Positions 49,635 to 61,024 of a DNA stretch of 64,000 bases are shown here, one piece after another. The stretch lies in contig CM126208.1 in the NCBI GenBank assembly GCA_052327205.1, forward strand, positions 53,382,001 through 53,446,000, read 5' to 3'. Source of the DNA: Somniosus microcephalus (Eukaryota). The position numbers and the translations under genes were made by a program. Position 1 is the first letter of the stretch, and every line of letters begins with the position of its first letter. The notes beneath the pieces were generated by a model, which saw only the letters and a program-made list of their open reading frames with translations, searched no databases and was not told where the DNA came from.

Positions 49635-50355
49635 TATATGAACAATGACAGACAGATAAAGACCCTCTGGTCCATCCAGCCTGTGCTACCCAATTATGAC
49701 ACCTTATGTATCACAATATATACATCCCCATCCCTCCCAAAACTATGTGATCTGCTGAGGGAGCTGAAAAACAAGGTAAAAACCCAGGCCAACTTGGGGC
49801 AAAAAATCTGCAAAATTCCTCTCCAATCCATCTAGACAATCAAAACTAGTCCAGGAGATCAGCCTGGCCCTGAATTCCCTGCAGTACCTACCTTCTGTAA
49901 GAGGTGATGTCCGCCCCAGCCAGAAACAGGTCCAGCTCTTGCTTGAAGGAATTCAGCGAATCAGCAACCACCGCACGAGACGGCAGCCTGTTCCAGAGGT
50001 TCACTATTCTCTTGAAAAAGAATCACCTCCTGACCTCTAACCTAGACCTGGCCTTACACAACTTAAAATTATGACCCCATGTCCTCCCTAACCTATTTAA
50101 TTGGAACAAACTGTCAACTGGATCACAATCCATTCCCTTCATCATCTTATAAACCTCAATCAGATCACCCCTAAGTCTATGCTTCTCTAAAGTGTAGAGT
50201 CCAAACTCTTTTAGCCTATCTTGCTAACTAAGATGCTTTATACTGGGAATTAGTCTAGTAGCCCTCCTCTGCACCCTTTCCAAAGCCTCAATATCACCCA
50301 CCATGTGAGGAGATCAAAACTGGGCATAATATTCCAAGTGAGGCCTGACTCAAGA
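49635..50355 (-). mobile_element. Old CR1-group LINE 3' fragment
   Basis: Degenerate RPHLEY and RLRGDLIEVYK on the minus strand. Confidence 0.7.
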
Positions 50356-50429
50356 CTCACTACACCATTTCCCACTTTAACTATTTCTTTTTCTCAGGAC
50401 CTCAAAATTGTGGTACTCTTTACCTCTTT

Positions 50430-52161
50430 GGCCGGAATTTTCCGGAGGGGTCAGCAGGTAGGACCGGTGTAGGGTCAGGTGGGAAATTTGATTTTTTTGA
50501 CACTGTGTCGGGACCCCGCTGTCAACCTGCCACAATGCACCTTTCCCAATGTTGAGTCTGTCAGCGCTGAGCAGACCCAACAGGCAGCGGCGGGCATCCC
50601 AATTAAACTCATTAGCATCTAGTTGACAGATCATTAATAGGCTTTTTTAACTTACCTTTTCACTTTAACTTCATGGCCACGGGAACCACGCTGTTCGAGG
50701 TGTCAACCCGAGGCATGCGTTAAGTGGCCATTGCTCCAGCTGATTACTTGACAGCTTCAAATGTACAGTAAAAGCCCCCACCTGACAGATCATCACTTTC
50801 CTCAGCCACAAGCTGTTTCTCAGTCCATTTCCAGCACAGATTCTGCAGGCTTTCCACTTTCCACTCTCCATCCATTATCACCTCTTTGGAAGAACTCTCT
50901 CACCATTGACAGAATGCTTCTGTCATCTCTACTTCACCTGCCATCTATTCCATCAATATGGATATCATTTATACTGTCTCACCTTGGTCCTCAGAATCCC
51001 ACCATGATCAGCCCCAACACCAGCAGCACCAGGCACACCAGCAGCACCAACAACAACACCAACCTTCTCCGTAATCAACTGATGCTGCACAGGACACAGG
51101 GCATCAGCACACGACCACATTGCTGCCCGAGAGGCCAGGGATGGCCTCACCATGGCCAGATTTACTTCACTTGATGCTGTACACATGATGCGCCAGGTTG
51201 CCACCACCCCACGCCAACAACATAAAGGAACCCTACAATGTCCAAGCCATTCCTTTCACACTCACCACCATTGCGGGGGTGGGGGGGTACCACTATGTCT
51301 CACCATTCACTGCAACTCACTAAGCCACTTCCAAAGGTGCACACAAATCTGTCAAAGAACGCAAAGTGTTGAAAATAAAAGTTTCAATGTTTGACACCAC
51401 ATTAACAGAAACTTTATATGAACATTGGATAAAACACCCAAGTGGTTACCCTTGTGTGTTGTTAGTTGGTATGATTGCATTAGGATGAGGGTGAGTGTGC
51501 ATGGTGGCTAGTGTGATGGGGATGTGATAATGTAGAGAGAGAGGGATAGATGGAGGTGCAAGGTAAGTTGGTGTGAGTAAGGATGTGCAGGAGTAGGGTA
51601 GGGAAGGCAGAGTGATGGGGATGTGATGAGAGGCACAGCAGGATTAAGGTGAGTGTGGCTTTGTACTAACGTTTCGTGATCTAATGAGATCATTGAAAGG
51701 TTTGCGCCACTGCACCCAGGTCCTCCTGACCACATCCCTGCTTGTGACCTCCTGTGCAATGTGCAACCAGGCTTTGCTGGTCTCCTGGGGAGGTCTCTTC
51801 CGCCCATGGGAAGGGAAGAGGAACTCCCTCCATTAGCATATGGGAGAACCTGGGTGCAGCCCAACACCTCTCAACAGTCATTGTCAGTGTTTGCAGCACC
51901 TCAATGCTGTAGAACACTGACAGCACAAATGTTAAAAGAAAGTTGGCCATGTTCCTTTAAGGAAACCGGCTGGTGATGCACCATGAATGATGTCACCAGA
52001 CCTGCTTCCTCTAATTGGCCCGGGAAAAGCGCAGGGCGGGCTTCAACAAGCCCTATCAATGGAAAATCATTTTCCAGTGCGGGATGGAGCCAGCAGCGAG
52101 GTCAGAACCTGCCACCGACACCGGCCGCACCGGACCCGCCGAGGTAAGGAAAATCTCGGCC
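50430..52161 (-). mobile_element. Non-autonomous Harbinger derivative, copy 3
   Basis: TIRs GGCCGGAATTTTCC / GGAAAATCTCGGCC; TTT TSD; colinear with copies 1 and 2. Confidence 0.85.
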
Positions 52162-52444
52162 TTTGTCTCTTCATTCACCCTACAGTCTATAGATATTTAA
52201 AGCACAAGCTTGGTATTACCGAACCAATACTTCTTCCCTCCTACTTGGTGCCTTGAAACGGGCAAAGCTGGACCAGTATTTTGCATTAAAACTTGATGAC
52301 AGAATGTGAGATGTGATGAAGGTTCTTTAACAAAGTGTTTACCCATTAAAGTGCCAAATTTTCTCAGTTGATCGCATGCTTGCCTCTGAGTTATAAGATC
52401 AGGGATTCAAGCCTCACTCCAGGACTTGAACACATAATCCAAAT

Positions 52445-52855
52445 CAGTCTTGTCCAATCTGTTAGTCACTAGCCACACGTGGCTAATTAGGAAGCCATAT
52501 GTGGCGAATTGCACTTCTAATTAGTAAATAAAAAATGAGTAATAGACATCATCATTGGGCATTTGATTTCAATACTTATATTCACATGGCATATGCATGT
52601 CTACTTTAACCTTTTTGTGTGTTTATTGGTAAAACGGTAAGATGAAAAATCAGAGTGTGCGAATATTTTTTGATCTATAACCATTCAGTAACCAAGTTTA
52701 CTTCCTTGGTTACTGAATGGTTTAAGTAAATATAACGTATTTACCTATATTGTGTGAGTGAATGTAAGGTGTTTCCACTAAAATTAGTGTATGTGGCTAA
52801 AACAGTGTCACCATAACCACACATGTGGCTTGTCAACAAGAGCCATTGAACTGAT
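52445..52855. mobile_element. hAT-Charlie (MER3-like) MITE inside a Deu-domain SINE (about 52365-53000)
   Basis: tagccacacgtggcta and accacacatgtggct subterminal palindromes; internal hairpin at 52679-52722. Confidence 0.55.
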
Positions 52856-53325
52856 ATGTCAGTGCAGCACTGAGGGATGAGGTGTTTAGCTTAGATCCTG
52901 TACCAGTGGGTAACAGTTGATCATGTGGTGCTATTTGAAAGGGAGCGGAGAAGAACTACTGGTATCCTAAACAACATTCCTCCCTTCAATAAGCACCACC
53001 AAAAAAAGTATTTGCTGTTTGTGCTGATGGGCTTTTGTACTTGCAGCATTTTCTGCTTTTTTTTTGAGCTGTCCAACATTTGTTATTTTTTCTTCCAACG
53101 CCTCCTTGTATCCCAGCTGGGCCCTCCCCCTCACCACTTAGATGTGTCTCATTCTTTCTCTCCTTCCATTTATGCCTGCTTTGAATGTCCATCTGTTGAA
53201 TATCCTCTTTTTGGCTCTCCTTACTCAGATTCAATTAGTGCTGTCATACAGTCCTTATGCTAGATAACAACAGAAAATGCTGGAAAAACTCAGCAGGTCA
53301 GGCAACATCTGTGGAGAGAAATTTG

Positions 53326-53360
53326 AGTTGACGTTTCGGGTTTGACCCTTCTTCAAAACT
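53326..53360 (-). ncRNA. Minimal hammerhead ribozyme-like motif in the Penelope 3' UTR
   Basis: AGTT-(T)TGAAGA-stem(GGGT/ACCC)-GAAA-C-GTC-AACT; the core C is replaced by T. Confidence 0.6.
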
Positions 53361-53594
53361 GGAGAGAAAAGGAACTAGATCGAAGGCAGGGCTGCGATCG
53401 GACAAAAGAATAAAAGAACCAAAAGAAGTAAAATAGATTAGAAGCTAGACGAGATGGTAATAGGCTGGGATTAGGTGTAAAGTGTGCTGGCAGGGCGAAA
53501 GATAGTTGCCAGGTGTGAGAGAGAAACAAAAGGAAAGGGGGGGGGGAAGGAAAGGAGTGGAAAAATATAAGTAAAAATGAAATGGGGGCCGAGG

Positions 53595-55403
53595 TTATGA
53601 TCTGAAATTGTTGAACTCGATATTGAGACCGGAAGGCTGCAGAGTGCCTAATCGGAAGATGAGGTGCTGTTCCTCGAGTTTACGTTGAGCTTCCGTGGAA
53701 CAGTACAAGAGGCCAAGGACGGTGAGGTCCGAGTGGGAATGGAGCGGTGAATTGAAATGACAGGCAACCGGAAGCTCGGGGTCACCCTTACGGACTGAAC
53801 TGAGGTGTTCCGCAAAGCGGTCACCCAATCTGCGTTTGGTCTCCCCAATGTAGAGGAGACCGCATCGTGAGCAGCGAATACAGTATACTAGATTGCGAGA
53901 AGTACAAGTAAATCGCTGTTTCACCTGGAAGGGGTGTTTGGGGCCCTGGACAGTGGGGAGGGGGGAGGTATAGGGGCAGGTGTTACATCTCCTCCGCTTG
54001 CACGGGAAGGTGCCAGGCGAAGGGGAAGGGCTGTTGGGGGTGATAGAGGAGTGGACTAGGGTGTCTCGGAGAGAGCGGTCCCTGCGGAATGCTGAAAGGG
54101 GAGGGGAGGGGAAGATACGTTCGGTGGTGGGATCACTTTGGAGGTAGCGGAAATGCCGGAGGATGATCCGTTGAATGTGGAGGCTGGTGGGGTGAAAGGT
54201 GAGGACAAGGGGAACCCTATCGTGGTTCCGGGAGGGAGGGGCAGGGGTGAGGGCAGAGGTGCGGGAGATAGAACTGACACGGTCGAGGGCAGTGTCCACC
54301 ACGGTAGAGGGGAATCCTCGGTTGCGGAAAAAGGAAGACATGTCTGAAGCACTGGTGTGGAAGGTGGCATCGTCGGAGCAGATACGGCGGAGGCGGAGAA
54401 ACTGGGAGAATGGAATAGAGTCCTTACAGGAAGCGGGGTGGGAGGAAGTGTAGTCCAGGTAGCTGTGGGAGTCAGTGGGCTTGTAGTAAATATTGGTCGA
54501 TAACCTATCCCCAGAGATGGAGACGGAGAAGTCGAGGAAGGGAAGGGAAGAGTCAGAGATGGACCATGTGAAGGTGAGGGAAGGGTGGAAATTGGAGGCA
54601 AAGTGAATGAAATTGTCAAGTTCGGGGCGAGAGCAGGAAACGGCACCGATACAGTCATCAATGTATCGGAAAAAGAGGTGAGGGAGGGGACCCGAGTAGG
54701 ACTGGAACAAAGATTGTTCCACATAGCCCACGAAAAGGCAGGCATAGCTAGGACCCATGCGGGTACCCATGGCAACACCTTTGATTTGGAGGAAATGAGT
54801 GGAGTTAAAGGAGAAGTTGTTCAATGTGAGAACAAGTTCAGCCAGGCGGAGGAGGGTCGTGGTGGATGGGGACTGGTCGGGCCTCTGTTCAAGGAAGAAG
54901 CGGAGTGCCCTCAGGCCATCCGGGTGGGGGATGGAGGTGTAGAGGGATTGTACGTCCATGGTGAAAAGGAAGCGGTTGGGGCCAGGAAACTGGAAACTGT
55001 TAAAGTGGCGGAGGGCGTCCGAAGAGTCGCGGATGTAGGTGGGAAGAGACTGGACAAGGGGAGAAAAGATAGAGTCAAGATAGGAAGAGATAAGTTCCGT
55101 AGGGCAAGAACAGGCTGAAATGATGGGTCTACCAGGGCAGTCCTGTTTGTGGATCTTGGGAAGGAGGTAGAAGCGGGCTGTGCGGGGTTGGGGAACTATG
55201 AGGTTGGTGGCAGCGGGGGGAAGATCTCCAGAGGAGATGAGGTCAGTGACAGTCCTGGAAACGGTGGTTTGATGTTCGGTAGTGGGGTCATGGTCCAGGT
55301 GCAGGTAGGAGGAGGTGTCGGAGAGTTGGCGTTCAGCTTCCGCTAGGTAGAGGTCAGTACGCCAAACAACAACAGCACCACCCTTGTCAGCGGGTTTAAT
55401 GAC
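53595..55403 (-). CDS. Penelope RT/GIY-YIG endonuclease, partial, 603 uninterrupted codons
   Basis: The frame is open upstream of the listed ATG (IKPADKGGAVV, FYLLPKIHK, GRPIIS); GVAMG, RYIDD, CKRRRCNTC, LVYCIRC..LYIGETKR. Confidence 0.9.
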   Translation of the reverse strand, partial: VIKPADKGGAVVVWRTDLYLAEAERQLSDTSSYLHLDHDPTTEHQTTVSRTVTDLISSGDLPPAATNLIVPQPRTARFYLLPKIHKQDCPGRPIISACSCPTELISSYLDSIFSPLVQSLPTYIRDSSDALRHFNSFQFPGPNRFLFTMDVQSLYTSIPHPDGLRALRFFLEQRPDQSPSTTTLLRLAELVLTLNNFSFNSTHFLQIKGVAMGTRMGPSYACLFVGYVEQSLFQSYSGPLPHLFFRYIDDCIGAVSCSRPELDNFIHFASNFHPSLTFTWSISDSSLPFLDFSVSISGDRLSTNIYYKPTDSHSYLDYTSSHPASCKDSIPFSQFLRLRRICSDDATFHTSASDMSSFFRNRGFPSTVVDTALDRVSSISRTSALTPAPPSRNHDRVPLVLTFHPTSLHIQRIILRHFRYLQSDPTTERIFPSPPLSAFRRDRSLRDTLVHSSITPNSPSPSPGTFPCKRRRCNTCPYTSPLPTVQGPKHPFQVKQRFTCTSRNLVYCIRCSRCGLLYIGETKRRLGDRFAEHLSSVRKGDPELPVACHFNSPLHSHSDLTVLGLLYCSTEAQRKLEEQHLIFRLGTLQPSGLNIEFNNFRS

Positions 55404-55502
55404 AAAGCTTTGTTTAGCTGGGGTTTACAAGTATAGTGCATGTGTGCTTTGTTTCCTCCGGGCCTCACATGAAAACCTTGGGAATCCCCTCCCAGGCAGT
55501 AG

Positions 55503-56277
55503 TTGAAAGTAATGCATTTTGGAAGGAAGAATGAGCAGAGGCAATATAAACTAAATGGTACAATTTTAAATTGGGTGCAGGAACAGAGAGACCTAGAGGT
55601 TGACATACACAAATCATTGAAGGTGGCAGGACAAGTTGATAAGATTGTTAAAAAAGCATATGGGATCCTGGGTTTTATAAATAGAGGCAAAGCAGACAAA
55701 AGCAAGAAAGTTATGGTAAAAATCATAAATCATTAGCTAGGCCTCAGCCGGAGTATTGTGTTGAATTCTGGACAACACACTTTAGGAAGGATGTCAACGC
55801 ATTGGCGAGGGTGCAAAGGAGATTTACTAAGATGATACCAGGGATGAGGGAGTTCAGTTGCTGGGCCTGTTCTCCTTACAGCAGAGAAGGTTAAGAGGAG
55901 TTTTAATAGAGGCGTTCAAAATTAAAATGGGTTTTCATAGAGTAAATAAGGAGAAACTGTTTCCACTGGCAGGAGGGTCGGTATCCAGAGGACACAGATT
56001 TAAGGTAATTGGCAAAAGAATCAGAGGGGCGCTGAGGAGAATTTGTTTTACACAGCAAGGTGTTATAAACTGGAATGCACTGTCTGAAAGGGTGGTTGAA
56101 GCAGATTCAATAGTAACTTTCAAAAGGGAATTGGATAAATACTTGACCTGGAAACATTTGCAGGGCTATGGGGAAAGAGTAGGTGAGTGGAACTAATTGT
56201 AAAGCTCTTTCATAGGCACAATGGGCTGAATGGCCTCCTTATTTGCTTCTATAATTCTATGATTCTATGATTCTATG
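55503..56277 (+). mobile_element. CR1 3' fragment
   Basis: KVMHFGRKN and RRLRGVLIE; (attctatg)n tail. Confidence 0.9.
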
Positions 56278-56815
56278 GTAAGGGGGTTTCAGCTCTCTTA
56301 AATAGGATTGCAAGCAAATTTAAAAGCGGAAGGGAAAGTAGACTGGAAATAAGAGAGCTTGAAGAAAGACTACCAATATTCTATGCTATTTGATTTTGGG
56401 GGCCTGTTACATCAGGTGTACCTTAGATATTCTCTTGGTTATAATGGTACTGGTACTCCTGTAAGTGATCAGAAAATCTCACATTCAGGAGTGTGCCCAT
56501 ACTGCCCAATATCTAATTACAGAATAAAATAACCCAGGGTGCAACAATGGAATCCCATTATGATTTGAAATGGTTACTTTGTGCTTCACACATGCACTTC
56601 ACTAATCTTTCAGTAGGCAAACTGAAAACACTTTTGTGAGACAAGGCTCAATATGAATCATTAAAGTGCTTTATTTTACAGACAGCAAGCGAAGATACAG
56701 AGTAATAGCTGCAAACGAACCTCGCTTACTTTACTCAATTTCACTTATTTCCTTAGCAAGAATGAGGGGGAAAAAGTATTAAATCACATACACTTTCTTT
56801 TGTGGGATGTCTTAC

Positions 56816-57029
56816 TTGTTTATGGTATTACCTCTCTTTATAGACAACTCCTGACTACAACAACTGACCTTCTGCATCTTAGCTTTAAACTCAAGGTTAA
56901 GGCCTTGCCCATACCATTTAAAAGCTGAGTGGCTGCCCATATATTTCTTTTCTGTTTTTCTCTCTATGGATTCCCAAGTGGAAAGGCAACTGTCCCAAGA
57001 GTATATTCTCAGCAGACACCTCGTACATA
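56816..57029 (-). pseudogene. Most upstream pseudo-exon seen
   Basis: cctag acceptor, gtaaga donor; YEVSAENILLGQLPFHLGIHREK/EKKYM/ATQLLNGMGKALTLSLKLRCRRSVVVVRSCL* with frameshifts. Confidence 0.5.
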
Positions 57030-57448
57030 CTAGGCTCACATAAATCAAATCATCCCCACCATAATACGTGTGGATGTTTTGTTACACTGTATGAAACAAG
57101 AATTGATTAATGTCCTTGGTCATTGTGGAAACCTTTACAATTAAACCTCAACCCTGGTCTGACCACTCTCTCTCCCTCTCCCTCCCCCTCCCCCTCCCCC
57201 TCACAGCTCAAAGGTTGCAGCCTATGGTTTTTTAAACACGTTCAAGTGCACTTTGTTTTAAAACACACCACTTAAACATAACTCATTCCAAAATCCTCTC
57301 TGTGAAAAAAAATGATCTAAAATGCCAAAATACGACAAGCCATTTAAGTTGAGTTCACCCGATATCTGAACATGGCCACTTTCTAGAACGGGTCAGTGGA
57401 TTGTGATCAGGAGCAAGAACCCTCACTTATTTTCCCCCTCCTAGCCTA

Positions 57449-57590
57449 TGTAATGTGCTCAACACACAGACACGGGATGTATTCCTTCAGCCATCAACAC
57501 GAGGCTCCTTTATTCATTTCCTTTCTCTGTTTACTCTCCGTCGCCCCCTACCGGGGCGGAGGGTAACTATCACCACACCTCCCTTTCTAA
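57449..57590 (-). mobile_element. Short (129 bp) 3' LTR with adjacent PPT remnant
   Basis: Minus strand: AGAAAGGGAGG, then TGTGG...AATAAA...ATTACA. Confidence 0.55.
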
Positions 57591-57618
57591 ACAGACTTTG
57601 AATACTATTCCTTTACTA

Positions 57619-60286
57619 CAGGTAGACTATCCCTTATCCGCACTTCCGAAAACCGAAAACCTCTGAAAACCGAAAGTTTTTTCGTGGAGCGTAACTAGAG
57701 TATTTATGGTCTATATTTATCCCACTATTTAATTTACCAAATTATTACTGTACAAATAAACTGTAATACTATTTATAGTCTTTAATCATAATCATAATCA
57801 TAATCATAATCAACTTTATTGTCATTGTTAGTGCACAAGTGCAGTACAACGAGATGTAGGCTTGCGGCTCCCGAGAGTGTACATTTAGATTAAGACATTT
57901 AAACATTCAACATTCATTTGGCTTGTAATACATTAACATAAACATAACCATAATAAAGTGCATTGGCAGATGTGCAGGCTTTAGAGTTTATTTGTGGAGT
58001 TCAGTAGGATGACAGCCCTGGGAAAGAAGCTGTTCCTAAATCTGGTCGTTCGGGTGCGAATGCATCTGTAGCATCTCCCAGATGGCAGGAGGGCGAACAG
58101 ACTGTGGCTGGGGTGGGTAGGGTCTTTGATGATGGTCCGTGACCTCCGTAAACAGCATTTCTGGTATATGTTCTCTATGGTCGGTAGCCGGGTGCCGGTA
58201 ATGCGTTGGGCAGTTTTGACTACCCGCTGCAGGGCTTTCCGGTCATAGTAGCTACAGCTGCCATACCATACTGTGATACAATTCGTCAGGATGCTCTCTA
58301 TTGTGCAGCGGTAAAAGTTAGAGAGGATCAGGGGTGACAGGTTACATCCCTTCAGCCTCCTTAGGAAATATAGGCGCTGCTGGGCCTTCTTCACCAGAGA
58401 GGAGGTATTGAGGGACCAGGTGAGGTCTTCCGTGATGTGGACTCCGAGGAACTTAAAGCTGTCCACCCTTTCCACCACAGCCCCATGGATGTGGATGGGG
58501 GTGTGACTTCCGCCTTTAGACTTCCTGAAGTCCACAATGATTTCTTTGGTTTTCTTGATGTTAAGGGCCAGGTTGTTATCGGCGCACCACTTCACGAGAT
58601 GCTGGACCTCCTCCCTGTAGGCTGACTCATCGTTGTTGGTGATCTGGCCTACTACCGTGGTATCATCCGCAAACTTGATGATGGTGTTGGAACCATGAAC
58701 AGCCACACAGTCGTGGGTGAAGAGGGAGTAGAGGAGGGGGCTCAGCACACATCCTTGTGGGGCCCCCGTGTTCAGGGTCGGGGGGGGGGAGGTGTGGTTA
58801 CCTAATTGACAGACTGGGGTCTGTTTGTTAGGAAGTCCAGGGTCCAGTTGCAGAGGGAATTGTTCAGGCCAAGAGTGTGGAGTTTGGTGGCCAGCTTGTT
58901 GGGGACGATAGTGTTGAATGCTGAGCTGTAGTCTATGAACAGCATTCTGATGTAGGTCTCTTTACCACCTAAAGTGTTTCAGTGCAGAGTGTAGAGCAGT
59001 TGTGATTGCATCCTCCGTTGATCTGTTTGCACGATAGGCAAACTGGTGTTGGTCAAGAGAGGCGGGAACACTGGCTTTGATGTGAGCCAGGACCAGTCTC
59101 TCGAAACACTTCATTATGATGGGTGTGAGTGCGACAGGTCGATAGTCGTTCAGGCACATCACAGCCGTTTGCTTTGGCACAGGAATAATGGTAGCGGTCT
59201 TGAAGCATGTAGGGACTACTGCCTGGGCCAATGACAGATTGAAGATGGCGGTGAAGACATCAGCCAGCTGATCAGCACATTCCTTGAGTACCCGTCCAGG
59301 GATGCTATCCGGTCCAGCAGCGTAGAACACCCCTTACGTCGGAGGTCGACAGAGTGAGCACCTGGTCTTCCGGGGGTGGCAAGGCTTTGGTAGCCGGCTC
59401 CCTGTTGTCCCTGTCGAAGCGAGCGTAGAAGTTGTTAAGCTCCTCCGGAAGGGAGGCATCGCTAACCGGGGGGCTGGTGTTTTTGCCCTTGTAGTCAGTG
59501 ATGGACTGGATGCCTTGCCACATGCGCCGGGGGACCGAGTTGTTGTGGAAATGATCCTCTATCTGCAGTGTCTGTTTCCTTTTGGCAGTCCTGATACCCT
59601 TTTTTAGGTTGGTCCTAGCTGCACTGTAAGCCACCGCGTCGCCAGATTTAAATGCTGCGTCGCGTGCTTTCAACAGCGAGCGGACCTCTCCGTTCATCCA
59701 GGGTTTCTGGTTGGGGTATGTCCTAATCTTTTATGGGTCGTGACGACCTCGATGCAACTGTTAATGTAGAATAGCACTGTGGATGCGTATTCCTCGATGT
59801 CATTATGGGCAAACATGCCCCAATCAGTGCGTTCGAAGCAATCCTGAAGCTCCGAGACTGCCCCCTCTGGCCATGCTTTCACTGATCTCACTGATGTTCT
59901 CACTCTTTTGATGAGCGGTTTGTATGCCGGGGCTAGAAACAGGGAGAGGTGGTCAGACTTCCCAAGGTGGGGGCAGGGAATGGCCTTATAAGCATCTACA
60001 ATGCTCGTGTAGACTTGATCCAGTGTGTTCTCCCCTCTTGTGGGGCAGGAAACATTCTGGTGGAATTTCGGTAGTACAGATTTTAGATTTATGTGATTGA
60101 AGCCCCCCGCGACTTATCCCACTCAGTGTGAATATTCATAAGGTTCGCTGCAGAAATATTAATGTGTTTGCTTACGGGGTGCTGCCCAGACCCCTGCTAG
60201 GGTGTTACATACTGATTCTGAATACCATTCTGAAATCCAAAAAATTCCGAATTCCCAAGGATTTCGGATAAGGGATAGTGCACCTG
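57619..60286. mobile_element. Tc1/mariner-pogo (Tigger-like) MITE interrupted by a LINE
   Basis: TIRs CAGGTAGACTATCCCTTATCCG / CGGATAAGGGATAGTGCACCTG with TA TSD. Confidence 0.85.
57783..60115 (-). mobile_element. Rex1/Babar-type LINE, 5'-truncated and frameshifted
   Basis: [40 protein letters not shown]; (taatca)n tail. Confidence 0.9.
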
Positions 60287-60367
60287 TATTAACATTTCAA
60301 ATGACCTTCTTTCAAATCATTACTTTTTTACTGTGCTTAAGAAATAACAAACTCTAAAAAACATAAC

Positions 60368-61004
60368 GGCCTAGAAATTGAGTTTGCGCTGCGCCAGGGC
60401 TTTAGCGCCGGAAGTTAGCGCCGGCGCTAAGTCCCTTTGCGCGCGCCAAAAATTCAGTAGCGTCGTGCCCAAACGGCTGCCGGCGCTACTGAAGGGTTTT
60501 AGCGCCTGAAAACTGGCGCAACGCGCCGCATTGCGGCGCTATTCCGGCGCTGCGGCGCCCGCTGCGGTGCGGCAGGCTCGGGAAGTGCAGGCCTCCTCCT
60601 TCCGTTAAGGAGGAGCTGCCTGCACCCGGCCGCGGCCCGCGCAAATCTCTTCAAAAATGAGCCCGGCACCTCGGACAAGTGCCGGGCTTGCATCTGTTCC
60701 GGGGGGGGTGGGGGGGGAGAAGTCCGGGGAGGGAGCTGCGGGCAGGCGGGAAAGCAACACTCGTTTGCCGGAGTCTTAGTTGCGGCTGCCACTGGCGAGG
60801 CGGCCGCAACTGAATTTCGGCTTGGGGCCGGGTTACCACGGCAACCGGGACGCTGCGCACACCGATGACGTCATCGGTGCCGGCGCAGCGCTACCGGTCT
60901 ACCGCCGCGGAAGGGCCCCAGGCAATTTAGGAACCGGCGCCAATTGCAGCGCTAGGCCCTCTAGCGCCGCAAAATCGGTGCTAAGGGCACTGAATTTCTA
61001 GGCC
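60368..61004. mobile_element. Harbinger MITE with the same TIR as 29617-34072
   Basis: GGCCTAGAAATT ... AATTTCTAGGCC; GCGCC-rich interior. Confidence 0.9.
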
Positions 61005-61024
61005 CACATCTCTAATGCACAATG

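Larger units (their letters stand above)
53265..55403 (-). mobile_element. Penelope-like retroelement (Neptune-like), 5'-truncated
   Basis: RT, Cys-rich linker, GIY-YIG endonuclease and a 3' UTR with a hammerhead motif. Confidence 0.95.
4567..57029 (-). pseudogene. Decayed multi-exon host protein-coding gene of unknown identity (non-processed pseudogene)
   Basis: About 12 AG/GT-bounded exons in non-repeat islands that mostly join in compatible phase into one protein-like sequence with nonsense codons, frameshifts and TE insertions. Confidence 0.75.

Noticed and set aside
52986-53234. 82-aa basic ORF as a further exon
   Set aside because: No convincing splice sites or phase link to the other exons.
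56730-56751. 22-nt micro-exon with good splice signals
   Set aside because: There are stops in all frames and only a 64-nt intron; plausible for the pseudogene but unsupported.
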